Source of the DNA: Amoeboaphelidium occidentale
Lineage: Eukaryota
Assembly: GCA_023515795.1 (NCBI GenBank)
Contig: JALGPX010000094.1
Location: 1 to 43,029, forward strand
Direction of reading: 5' to 3'
DNA length: 43,029 nucleotides
Below the pieces are notes generated by a model that saw only the letters and a program-made list of their open reading frames with translations, did not search any database and was not told where the DNA came from. Shown here in pieces: positions 1 to 12,585 of this stretch (position 1 is the stretch's first letter; the number at the start of each line of letters is the position of its first letter). Position numbers and translations under genes: made by a program.

Positions 1-151
1 AAGAAGGGCGTAAAAGTTCATGGTTCGCCTCATATTTGATGGTTTAAATGCTTTAATAAAACTATTTGTTTATCGTAAAACTTGCATATACTGGAGTCTT
101 TTACAACGTCACTTTGCTGTCCCCAATTTTTCTAATCAATCGATCTCTAAG

Positions 152-1355
152 ATGCTCAAGGTAAAAACGCTTTTACGGCTCAGGCTGATATCTCGTAGCT
201 TAAGACACAGATTCCAAAGAGATTTTTGGCGACTCCATCTGCTTTCGAATTCAAGTTACCCGTTGACTTTTCCGCTCACATTTGTGAAAAGCCATCCACA
301 ACCGTTAGCGCAACACGAGATGAACTGATGGAGTACTACAAGCAAATGGTCACCATTCGTCGTATGGAAACTGCAGCTGATGGTCTATACAAATCAAAAC
401 TTATCAGAGGTTTCTGTCACTTGTGCACTGGTCAAGAAGCTGTCCCTGTTGGTATCGAAGCTGCATTAGAGAAAGAAGATTCCATAATTACTGCTTATAG
501 ATGCCACGGATACACTTACACCAGAGGTGGTACTGTTCTCCAGGTTCTTGCTGAACTTATGGGAAGAAAGGACGGTATCGCTAAGGGAAAGGGTGGTTCT
601 ATGCACATGTTTGCTCACGAATTCTACGGAGGTAACGGTATCGTTGGTGCGCAGGTTCCTGTTGGTGCAGGTGTTGCATTTGCTCACAAGTACCAAGACA
701 AGAAGAATGTTTGCCTTTCACTGTACGGTGATGGTGCAGCTAATCAAGGCCAAGTTTTTGAAGCTTATAACATGGCTAGGTTGTGGAAACTTCCTGTGAT
801 TTTCGTTTGCGAGAACAACATGTACGGTATGGGTACTTCAGCCGATAGATCGTCTGCTTCTACTGATTATTACAAGAGAGCTGGCTTCATTCCTGGTTTG
901 CGCGTTAACGGAATGGATGTTTTAGCTGTCCGCGAGGCAACTAAATTTGCAAAGAAGCACTGCGTTTCTGGAAATGGTCCTTTTGTTATGGAGATGGTAA
1001 CATACCGTTACGGAGGTCACTCTATGGTAAGTTTAAATTTGCAGAGTCGTTTAAATAGTTTTAGTCTGATCCAGGTACAACTTACAGAACCAGAGAAGAA
1101 ATTCAACACATGAGAAGCACGAATGATCCAATAACTGGTTTAAAGCAACGCATAATTGAAGCTGGTTTTGCTACCGAACAAGAACTCAAGCAAATCGACA
1201 AGGATGCTCGCGCTATGGTTGATCAAGCTGTTGTAGATGCAAAGAAGAGCCCAGAACCATCAATGGACGAGTTTTGGACTGACATTTACGTTAAAGGAAC
1301 AGAAGATGGTCCAATGCGAGGTTGCGATCCGCAGGAAGTTCATCATTTTGAATAA
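152..1355 (+). CDS. PDA1: Pyruvate dehydrogenase E1 alpha subunit, mitochondrial
   Basis: Motifs [24 protein letters not shown] and [13 protein letters not shown]. Introns 161-198 and 1027-1064 (38 nt, GT-AG) join the ORFs in frame. Confidence 0.97.
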
Positions 1356-1364
1356 ACGAGAACG

Positions 1365-3049
1365 ATGTTGGACAGATTCATTATATTTGGCCGTAACGGT
1401 GTTGTGTACTTTGATAAACAGTTTGTTAAACTCCGAGGAGACCCTTTAAGTGAACTAATTCTGGATGTGCTCTTGGAGAATCGTAACGCTTCAAGCTCAA
1501 CCACATCTGGACAGTACACACTCAAATGGACGTTTGACACATCTATGGACCTGGTCTTTGTTGTAATTCTATTTTCAGTTTGAGTAAATGTATTAGGCTG
1601 TTTACCAAAAGTCTTTGAAGTTGGCATACGTGGAAGATATGCTGAGTGAAGTGCAGCGAGTTTTTGCAGAAAGCACCGACGGCGAGTTGGACATTCACGG
1701 CTATCAGCAATTTGAGCCCACTTTTATAAGCATCTGGAAGCAGTGCGAAGGAGAATATTTACGTGTAAGTATCAAGAAAGTTTGTGTTGTATTTACTTGG
1801 TTAGAAGCCTGTTACGTCTGCCGCAAGCCCTGCAAGTACACTAGCTAAAACATCCAAAGAAGATACCAAGGCAGCACCGCAAGAATCGAAGGCTTCGAAA
1901 AAGAAGGGCAAAGAGATGCGCTCGTGGGGAGACAGAGCTGTGGATGCAACGGAGCTGGATTACTCAAACAGCACTGAACAGAATGGCGATCGCGACTTTG
2001 AGGCTCTTGTCGACAGGAAAGCTATGGAATCAATTAAAAAAGGGAGCTATGAAGTGCCGGAAATGGAAGATGTCCAAGTTAAGTCTCCATCATCAGCTTC
2101 GAGTAAATCTTGGATGTCTTATCTTAGTTCTTTTGCATCTGGCAAAGCTGTTACAGAGGAGAATCTTGAACCTGTAATAAGAAAAATGAAAGAGCAATTG
2201 GTTCAAAAAAACGTGGCAAAAGAAGTGACAGACACTATTTGTGAGTCTGTGGCCACTGCTCTTCTTGGAACTAGAATAGGAACGTTTGAGAGCTTGACTA
2301 ATGCAATCAAGAAGAACTTGGAGGAAGCATTACGTAGAGTTCTGACTCCTCGATCCTCATCTGATATATTGCGTGAAGTATACCAAGCTAAACGTGATGG
2401 TAATCCATACTCTATTTCATTCATTGGTGTTAATGGCGTTGGTAAAAGCACAAATCTGAGCAAAGTCTGCTTCTGGTTGCTACAAAACAAACTATCTGTT
2501 TTAATTGCAGCATGTGATACATTTCGTTCTGGTGCTGTTGAACAATTGAAGGTTCATATACGAAACTTGAAGAGGTTAGATGAAGGAGCTAGAGTCGAAA
2601 TATTCGAACAAGGATACGGCAAAGACGCTGCAACAATAGCCAAAGATGCAATACAATTTGCAAAACAGGAACGATTTGACGTTGTTCTAATTGATACAGC
2701 TGGAAGAATGCAGAATAATGAACCACTAATGCGCGCACTTGCAAAACTAGTTGCTGTGAATAGTCCAGACAAAGTTGTGTTTGTTGGGGAAGCATTGGTT
2801 GGTAATGAAGCTGTTGACCAATTGACAAAGTTTAACAAGGCATTACAGGACTACTCTGGTCAGCAGAATCCAAGACAGATTGATGGTATAATTCTGACAA
2901 AGTTCGACACTGTTGACGATAAAGTTGGGGCAGCTGTTACAATGTCTTTTGTTACCGGAAAGCCAATATTCTTTGTGGGAACAGGCCAGACTTACACTGA
3001 TCTGAAGAGGCTTAACATTACGCAAATAGTATCGACCTTGTTGTCGTGA
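1365..3049 (+). CDS. SRP101: Signal recognition particle receptor alpha subunit
   Basis: N-terminal longin-like SRX region (MLDRFIIF...). SRP GTPase motifs GVNGVGKSTNLSK, DTFRSGAVEQL, DTAGR and TKFD. Introns 1563-1596 and 1765-1804. Confidence 0.96.
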
Positions 3050-3106
3050 TGTTTCAAATAGAATTATTCTCTTAGGTGTTTTTGTTTACCAGTTTTTCAG
3101 AACGAT

Positions 3107-5642
3107 ATGACCTTGAAGCATCGCACCATCGAAAGTAAAGAAACATTCATAGAAGGCCTAAAGGAGACAAAAGCGAAATTCAAACAGTTTGGGAGTTACG
3201 AAGTGGATCTTAATGATGATCAGCTAAAGGCAGAACTGTTCGATTTTCAAGTAATCGGTTTGAAATGGTTACTTTTCCTGTTTTACAATAACTGGAATGG
3301 AATCCTTGCAGATGAGATGGTAATTTTATGTATCGCTCTTGGCTGAATTGAAGGGCTGTGGAAAAACTGTTCAGACTTTAGCATTCTTGTCGCAACTTTC
3401 TAAACGGCTTCATGCTGCAACATTCCTCGTGCTTTGTCCTTTGAGTGTCCTGAAGCAGTGGATTGAAGAAATTAAAGCTAAAGCTCCTCATCTGAATTAC
3501 ATTGAGTATACTGGAAGCAAGGAAGAGAGGCTGGTGAAGCATGATCAAATTATCAATCGCGTTAAATCGGGAGAATCCTTCATATTGTTGACCAATTACG
3601 AAATGATCTTAAAAGAAGAAGAGTTTCTGAAGGGCTTAAATTATTCTTATTTGGTAGTAGATGAAGGGCACCGTTTAAAGAATGATCAGTCGATACTGTA
3701 TCAGAAGTTACTTAATGAATTCAGCATCTCGAAGAAACTTATTCTTACGGGTACTCCAGTCCAAAACAATTTACGAGAGCTGAACAATTTACTTAGATTT
3801 CTTAATCCAGATTTATTTCCTGCAGACAATACTCTAATGGAAAAATGGTTCAGTGATTTATCAGAGTTGCAAGATCATATTTGCCCATTCATACTAAGGC
3901 GGGAGATAAGCGATACTTCCGTGAAACTTCCACTTTCAAGAGAAGTTGTAGTTTACACTAGACAGACAAAGTTACAGCAAGATCTTTACAAATCAATTCT
4001 TGCCAAAGAAGGTTTTGTTACAACCATGAAAGGAATGAATAATGTTCTCATGCAGCTTAGAAAATGTGTTGATCATCCATATTTGTTCCATGGAATTGAG
4101 CCTGAACCGTTCGAAATTGAAGATCATATATTTACAAGTTCAGGAAAATTGTGGCTACTGGATAAAGTTCTTCGAGAAATTATAAAGAAAGGACACAAAG
4201 TTTTGATCTTTTCGCAATTTACAACGATGTTGGATATTATCCAGGACTATTTAGACTATCGGGAATACTCTTATCAAAGATTAGATGGAAGTGTCAAAAG
4301 CGACGAAAGATTTCTTGCAGTAAACAAATTTGAATCAGAGCAAGATTGTAGTGTTTTCTTGCTTAGCACACGAGCAGGCGGTTTGGGTCTTAACTTGGTT
4401 GAAGCCGATACTGTGATTTTTTACGATACGGATTTCAATCCTCAAATGGACCTGCAAGCAGCAGCCAGGGTTTACAGAATTGGGCAAACGAAGAACTGTT
4501 TGATTATTCGCTTGATTGTTAAGAACTCTGTAGAAGAAATCATTCTGAAAAGGGCACAATTGAAGCGATTACTTAGTGAGAAGCTACTTCAAAAAGGAAA
4601 GTTTAAGGTTGTTGAGAATGAATCTAAAGAAGAAGACTTTAGTGTACTTCTAAAATTTGGTTTGAGCGAAATGGATAAACAAGGAGAACTAACTGATGAA
4701 GAACTTGAGCTTATCGTTTCAGCTTTTTTCGAAGATGAAAGCCTTTATTCTGGCGTCGAGAAAGAGCAACAGAAGCTGGAAGAGCTCACAGACGAAGATT
4801 TGGAAGATGTCTCAAACAACATTTATGAGTATCTTGGCCATGATTACACAAAAGATAGGCAATTGAAGGATGATGAAGCATTCAACTTTCTGTGCTCATC
4901 TGAGTATACGGATAATGCAGTTGTCGGAAAAAGAAAAACAATAGCCAGTTCTAGCAAAGAGATTGACTATGAAGCCTTGGAACGAGAACGAAAACGCAGA
5001 ATTATCGAACTCACAAAGAAGAAGGAGGAAAGAATGCACAAATTATGGGAAGAGCATGATTATAAATCAATGAGGCTACTCCCAAAGGAGTCAAGTTCAA
5101 GAACCAAAATTGACATTGATATGGATACTATTAATCAAAATTGGATTCTAGTTAGAGGCAGCATTCAAAATCCAGCGCAAGTTGATGAAACTTCACCAAA
5201 GAAACAAATCAATTATATTTGCTATCCATTCGATAATTCTGGTGAATGGTATCCCAAGGGGATTTTCGCATTAATTGATAGTTTGTCAGATGGAAACATT
5301 TCAAAGAATTATAAATTAATTCATGACATGAAAGATTTGAAAATAGGACAAGCATACCTTTTTCCGATAAATGATGAATTGAATTATGTTGGGCTTTGCT
5401 GCCAGAAGAGAACAAAGCATGGAGTGAGTGGAATCGACTTGACACATTTGGAGACAGCAATGAGAGACTTTGCAGAGAGCGATCAGCTTCATAATACTAA
5501 TGAGTCTGTTACAGTCCTGCATCTGCCGCGCTTTCCGGCATCGGACACAAGGGAATGGTATGTTATCGAGAGGCTATTCAAGAAATACTTTTGCTCAAAA
5601 AGCATTCCGGTTGTTCTTTACTACTACAAAAAGCGAGCATAG
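3107..5642 (+). CDS. CHD1L: SNF2-family chromatin remodeller with C-terminal macro domain (ALC1/CHD1L-like)
   Basis: GILADEM|GCGKT across intron 3320-3353, DEGHRLKN, LSTRAGGLGLNL and QAAARVYRIGQ. The C-terminal FDNSGEW..KGIF...LHLPRF...WYVIERL...VVLYYY matches the CHD1L macro domain pattern. Confidence 0.85.
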
Positions 5643-5808
5643 TTCCATCATTAGTGAGTATCATCATGAATTTCAGTATTTGATAGTACTTTATGAAAAT
5701 CATTTGGAACTGCTGCGATTTTACAAAATATGCTTCAATAGACTCTATGTGCAAAGTTCATTGAAAATCTTTTGGTCAAAAATCAAAAAAAATTTGCAAA
5801 ACGAAAGA

Positions 5809-6623
<815 letters not shown>

Positions 6624-6643
6624 TATAGATTTTATTTAAGAAT

Positions 6644-7276
6644 TCAGACTTTAAGTGTAACCTTTTTTAGTAGCAAATCCCTGGGATCAACTTTGCTTCC
6701 GTCGCAACAATCTGAGAGTGCAATATCAGATATTTTCATTAAGAGCTCTTGCGAGGAGTTTTGTGATACTTCAAAGTATTCAATTTTGTTTTCTTTGGCG
6801 TACTGCTCGCCCTGCTCTATTGTGACTTTACGTTCGAGATCTGTCTTGTTCCCAACCAAAACAATTCTTGCTCTCTGATTAACTTTCCTAACTTCATGTA
6901 GCCAGTATGGAATATTAAGTAAAGACTCCGGGTTACTCACTATAATATGAGATCAGGCTTTTTGTTATAGAGTATTACCATCGTAAATTAGACATGTAAC
7001 AGCAGCAGCTAATATGTATCTGGCCACAAAAGAGCGATATTCTGCATGCCCTTTGACATCCCATATATTCAAAACACAGTGATTTCCCTTTTTAGTAACA
7101 ATGTTTTTCTTGTGTACTTTAACAAGACCATAATTGTCAAGGTCTTGGTATTTATGATCAGATGGATTTCCTCCTTGATCATTTGAGTTACTTACTTTTG
7201 AGGTTATTAAAGAAGTCTTTCCAACTTTGTTATCACCGAGAAAAGCTACTGCGAATTCGAATACATGTTCAGCCAT
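6644..7276 (-). CDS. Divergent Rab/Ras-like small GTPase
   Basis: P-loop GDNKVGKTS, G3-like WDVKGH and G4 GNKTD. Intron 6940-6978 gives LIYD|VSNPES. No C-terminal prenylation motif. Confidence 0.75.
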
Positions 7277-7318
7277 TTTCAGTAGAAACTTTGGTCTCAA
7301 TTGTTTTCTGGTAACAAG

Positions 7319-7752
7319 ATGGAATCAGTTGAAGCCTCGCCCAGCCAGTCTAGCCCAACATCAGCACAAATAGATGTTCCGGAAAAGGGTAAAGACTAGC
7401 TATTACTCATATTTAAACTTTATGTTCAGTGGTACTACGGTTCAAAGCAACTGGTAATGCACCACAAATGAAACAGACAAAGTTCAAGATATCATCAAGT
7501 AATAAGTTCCAGGCAGTCATAGACTTTTTGAAAAAGCAATTAAATCTTGATACTTCTGAGAGTAAAGATAATTCAGGAGTTTCTCTGTTTATGTATGTGA
7601 ATTCATGCTTCACTCCAACACCTGATGAACTCGTGGCGAACTTGTATAGGGTAAAAATAATGATACTTTCATAATTAACTTAAATCTTTTAGTGCTTTTC
7701 GTCGGATGGGATGCTTTTGATAAATTACTCGTTACAAGAGGTTTACGGTTAA
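7319..7752 (+). CDS. ATG12: Ubiquitin-like autophagy protein Atg12
   Basis: VVLRFKATGNAP.MKQTKFKI and LFMYVNSCFTPTPDE. Ends INYSLQEVYG* with a terminal Gly. Introns 7389-7429 and 7651-7692. Confidence 0.93.
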
Positions 7753-7761
7753 ATGATCTAT

Positions 7762-8991
7762 TCACTGTTCTTCAATGATTTGGTTCGATTCATCTCTCAA
7801 GAGGATACCTGAAGGTGATAATTGGAGTTCATGTTCTATAAAATTAATAAATGTTCGATTCAACTCAGAGTTACCTGAAGCTGTGGATGGAGATGTGACC
7901 ATGCGTCTCACCAAGTGATTCTCTATGTAATGCGAGTTTCGTGCACATTTAACGAAAGAATCCTCCATAAGCTCGGATGCTTTTGGTCTGAAACTTGGAT
8001 ACTTGTGTAGACACTTTTCCAAGAATTTTCCGAACGCCTTTGATGGCAACTTTGGTGAACCTTCAACTGCTGGAACCTCATAATGAAGTTTACACAACAA
8101 AATCTTTAAAGCAGGCCAGCCCTATAATTATTAAATATTATCCTTTCAAATAAGTACCTGAAAAGGAGTCTTCCCGTGATAAAGCTCAAGAGCTGTGATG
8201 CCAATGCTGTAGATATCAATTTTCTCATTGAAAGTTGTTGCCTATTTATCAGCTTGACTTTCTAGAATTTTGACTTACCTGAGAAAGAACCTCTGGAGCC
8301 ATCCACTCTGGATCTCCAACGAACTTGAAAACGGCGCCTCTTAGTACTCCGCCTGATACTTTTTCAATCAGTTGATGAAGTCCACCAAGTTTCACATCTC
8401 CATTTGCATCCAAGTATATGTTATCTGCTCTGACATTATTGTGAATGCAATTATTGTTATGCAGGTATTGTACAGCACGGAGTACATCTCTCAGAATAGT
8501 TGCAATTAAAGCCTCATTATTAAATCCCAGAGGAAAATTCTCGATCATTATTTGCTTGACACTTCCTAATCTTATGGGTTCCAGAACAGTCCATAGTCTA
8601 ATCATTAGAGTCACTCATGAGCAGTACCTTTCTTGATCTACAAAAGAAGTGTAATAAGACAGAATGTTCTCATGTGAAAATAATCTTGTGTTCCTTGTAA
8701 TATCAGCCATTTCCTTGAGCAGGTCAAAGTCAGACGACATTTGCAAATCAGTGAGTTTCAGTGAGACAAATCTTCCAGAAGACACATGCTTTGCCAAGTA
8801 GCCGTGCGATATATCTTCAATGATACCAATTGTTGAAATGATCTCATAATCTTGAATGAAATCAGTGAATGGGTGTGCTGTGACATAGAATATGTTCTTT
8901 CGAATACCTAATAGAGACTATTTACAGTTAGATCTTCGTATGATCATGTTCTTACAGAGCTTCTGCTACGTCTAACGTTTCTAACTGACAT
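7762..8991 (-). CDS. STE20-family pseudokinase, STRAD-like
   Basis: Spliced kinase fold: VSLK, FSHENILSYYTSF, EALIATILRDVLRAVQYLH, HNNVRADNI in place of HRD, KLGGLH in place of DFG, and WMAPEVL. Four short introns, the first at 8918-8955. Confidence 0.75.
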
Positions 8992-9043
8992 TTTACAAAG
9001 TTGAAACAACAAGCTCTCACACAAGAATCCTTCTCGCTCAACG

Positions 9044-9714
9044 ATGCAACAAGCAAAGATTTCCTTGCGCAAGAAGATGCGTGATATTCTTAAGGATGTG
9101 CCTTTAAAGCAACAGGAAGATCAAACCAAGGTTGTAGTGCAGAAGCTGTTTGCTGTGGAACAGTATCAGAAAGCTCAGCGCATTAGTATCTATTGCAGCA
9201 TGCCTGGCGAAATACAAACTGATGATATAATCAAAGATATATTTAACAAGGGTTAGATTAGCCAAACGAATAAGTGCCTCATGCTTAGGCAAACAATGCT
9301 TTGTGCCCAGCTGGAACAGGGATGAAATGGATATGGTGCGCTTAGGCTCGTTTGAGGAATTTCAGAATTTACCTCTGAACAAGTGGGGTATTAAGGAACC
9401 TCTCAAGAATGATAAAGATATTGTCGCAATGGCTTCAAAGGAAACTGCGTTAGATCTAATAATCATGCCAGGTAATCCTTGTGTTGTCTGGCGCATGCTA
9501 AACTTCAGGTTTGTGTTTCGACAAGGAAGGATGGAGATTAGGACATGGTAAGGGATACTATGATAGATTTCTCACAAAAGCATTTAATTATGCTTCTTCT
9601 CATGGTGTCGCGAGGCCATTTACAGTTTGTTTAGCTTTGAATGAGCAAATCATCTCAGATAACGTTCCAAGAGACAAACACGACATGAAACCAGACATGA
9701 TCTTGTCAGTATAA
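9044..9714 (+). CDS. FAU1: 5-formyltetrahydrofolate cyclo-ligase (MTHFS)
   Basis: K..LRKKM, YCSMPGEIQT, WGIKEP, and LDLIIMPGLCFD...RLGHGKGYYDRFL. Introns 9252-9288 and 9472-9508. Confidence 0.95.
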
Positions 9715-9743
9715 AATATTCTCTCTTTCAACTCTTTATTCCA

Positions 9744-11130
9744 TCAGATAACGACGAACGCCTGTTTCTCACTTGAAACAGCAGGGCATCGCCAATTGAA
9801 CAAGTAAAAGTTCAATGTACCGTCTCCCAAAGCGAACTTGAGCTCATTCAAAAATGTCTTGTTTCTCATCATTTCCAGAGCATTGAAAACATCATGGCCC
9901 AAATCTCTTGCAGCTACCAAAGCATCCTTGACAAGATTCTTTAAAATTGCATCATTTTCAGCTGCATAATACCACAAATATGCAGATTTCATTCCATCAT
10001 ACTTTGAATTATGCAGAATTGTATTTGGCAATGTGTAGAAGCTAATGAAAGCAACCAACTTTTTCTCTTGAGCTTCTTCCACAACATAAGTATGAACAGG
10101 TTCTGGCTGTGTAAAGAAATAATGCTTCACTTCTTCCTCCGAGAAATTCTGATGGATATCAAACTGCTTCAACTCTTTTTCTAACAAAGCATGAACTTGC
10201 TTCAGATCGTCAAGTGTTGCAGCGCGAAACCCGGGAACTGAGAATTTCTTCAAAATAGTTAAAACCAAAGTGAGTATTCAACTTACTTCAGGCAACTTGT
10301 AGTGCTTTATGGTACTGGCCATTGTCATATTCTTCCTTAGAGCAGAGAACCCAACATCAATAAGTTTCTTTGGGTTAATCGATCGATGATAATAACTACA
10401 ACATTTAACGCCTTAAAACATGAACTTGAGCATACCTGCATGAACTAACAGGTTTCGGTAAAGTTGCGCCTGCTGTGTAAATTGCTTGGAATATTCCCTC
10501 CACATTCACCTTCCTCGTAATTTCCCTAATTAGAACAGGAGCGAGACGTTTCGATCTAAGCTTCTTGTGAACACAGAGGAAGTTTATCTCAACAATGTTC
10601 TTTGTAATATCGTAAATCTGCATGTTCACAGGAGTGCCCCCAATAAATGCAACAAGTTTCCCAGTGTTTTGCACACGAATTCCAACATGCCATGCCTTCT
10701 TGTAACCTGGCGGACACAAAGCCCATCTGAGCATTTCCTTGGAATAATCAAAACGGAACGTAGACTGAACATCTTCAACGTAATTATCTCTAAGTAGCTC
10801 ATAAAGTTCGTTAATGTCCTTCTCATCGCTCAAATCGAGTTCGCACCATTGAAAGGATTCTGGTAAATGAAGAGGCTCTTTCCTAATTTGGTCATGCGGA
10901 GTGTCTTCTTCTATTGGACCATTCGTTTCGATCTTCTCATCTTAAAATTAGCTGGAAGCCTTTACGGTAATCTTACCTAACTTTGGCACAGGCTGAGTGT
11001 TCCAGAATTTGTATTCCTCCTGTGATTTCCCTTGTGTAGTTTTAAGAGTGGCTTCGCGTGTCGCCTTCACGAGGCTCTCAATTGCAGAAGCCAAATTCTT
11101 TGGGTCTTCTTTCGCTTTGTTATTTGACAT
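9744..11130 (-). CDS. NMT1: Glycylpeptide N-myristoyltransferase
   Basis: [15 protein letters not shown]...[38 protein letters not shown] and [12 protein letters not shown]. Three short introns. Confidence 0.97.
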
Positions 11131-11339
11131 CAAGTTTCAATCCTTCGAGCTGCGATCGCAAGAAAAAGGTATGTTGCAGATGATATTTCGAAACTATCCT
11201 GTGAGTTAAAGGGTTTCAAAATTTGACTTTAATCAACGAATATTCGTCTTATCGAAGTTGGTGCTGATTCCATACAGATGGCGGTACCGCGTGCCAAGCT
11301 TGTTGTCGGCCACCAACAATTGGAACAACAAACTGAATT

Positions 11340-12367
11340 ATGACCAACACTCACAGACTAACTGAAGCTGATGTTGCTTTAATTGTCAGAAGACGCACAG
11401 CTGGCGATGGTTTTGGTCGAGTTGCTGAGTACCTCGGCGCTCATGATGATCAAGTCCGCAAGGCTTACGATGCACATTTGGCTCATTTGGAACTTCCACC
11501 AAAAGTTGTACAGAGACACAGGCTAATTAAGGGCCCATTGGCTTTGACTATTCTTGAAATTGTAAGAGAAGACCCAACCGTAACCTTCACCGATATTGGA
11601 AAGAAGTTGGAACAACATGATCCCCCGTTTGAAACAATTCCACACAGAACAAGTATTCAGCGCTTTCTGGCCAGAGAAGTTTGGCACCCTGAAGAAGAAC
11701 CAAAAGGTGTTCCTTCTGCTTTTGATAACAGAAAGAAGCGTTTGGTTTTCAGTGAGAATCATGAATATTCTGAATAAGCTGAGGAATATTGGGACAAGAT
11801 TGTCTGGAGCGGTGAAGTTACAGTTGTGGCTTCCCCTGAGTACAAGAAGTTAAACGTCTACGTTCATTGCTCTCATCACTTCTGGGAAATTCCGAATGAT
11901 CAGCAATTACAACCTGGTGAATTCAAAGTTACCTTTGGGCTGCGTTCACAAAGTATGGAACTGGTCCTTTGATTCCTATTGAAGGAAGATTTGACATTCA
12001 GAAGTATTTTTATTTGTTGCAAAATTGCGTGATTTCTGAATTGAAACGTTTAAATCACAAGTATGGTGGCAAGTTTGTTTTGATGCAGGATAATGCTGGC
12101 CAGCACATTGCGAATTCCAATTTAGCTTTTATTGAAAAAGAAAAGATCAATTTTCTTGAGTGGTCGCAACATAGCCCATACTTGAGCCCATTTGAAAATT
12201 TATGGAGTGTCCTAAAGAAAAGATTGTGTAATGGTCACATTCAGTTCGCTTCCAGACAAGTATTGATTGATGCAGTTCATCATGAGTGGAAGAACATTCA
12301 ACCAACTGTATGTGAACATGTTGCTGATAGTTTGCCAAAGCATTTGAAGGAAAGAATGAAGCGTTAA
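11340..12367 (+). pseudogene. Decayed Tc1/mariner (DD34E-type) transposase
   Basis: HTH-like N-terminus and an in-frame stop at 11775-11777, followed by WDKIVWSGE (the WSDE Asp is lost). A frameshift near 11935 leads into WAAFTKYGTGPL, then LMQDNA, 34 residues, and SPYLSPFENLW. No introns, and no terminal inverted repeats recognised. Confidence 0.88.
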
Positions 12368-12546
12368 GGCGTTAATTAGTAAATTGAATTATTTTTGGAA
12401 GTATTTNNNNNNNNNNNNNNNNNNNNTGGAAGAACATTCAACCAACTGTATGTGAACATGTTGCTGATATTTTGCCAAAGCATTTGAAGGAAAGAATGAA
12501 GCGTTAAGGCGTTAATTAGTAAATTGAATTATTTTTGGAAGTATTT
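12287..12546. repeat. 120-nt direct duplication flanking an assembly gap (probable artefact)
   Basis: 12287-12406 equals 12427-12546 apart from one base (12330 G, 12470 T). The copies are separated by Ns. Confidence 0.9.
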
Positions 12547-12585
12547 CAATTCTCATTCGACTCTTCTGACCTCAAAATTTCGTTT

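Noticed and set aside
5643..5808. Two imperfect hairpins separated by ACAAAA, suggestive of an H/ACA RNA or SECIS
   Set aside because: There is no terminal ACA box and no in-frame UGA in the upstream gene. The stems are weak and AT-rich.
12287..12546. Direct repeat of the transposase 3' end as an LTR or tandem element
   Set aside because: The copies abut an N gap, and the same pattern recurs inside ETFDH. An unmerged contig overlap, possibly two alleles differing by one SNP, explains it.
11200..12585. Terminal inverted repeats of the Tc1-like element
   Set aside because: No inverted match between the flanks was found by eye, so element boundaries are not called.
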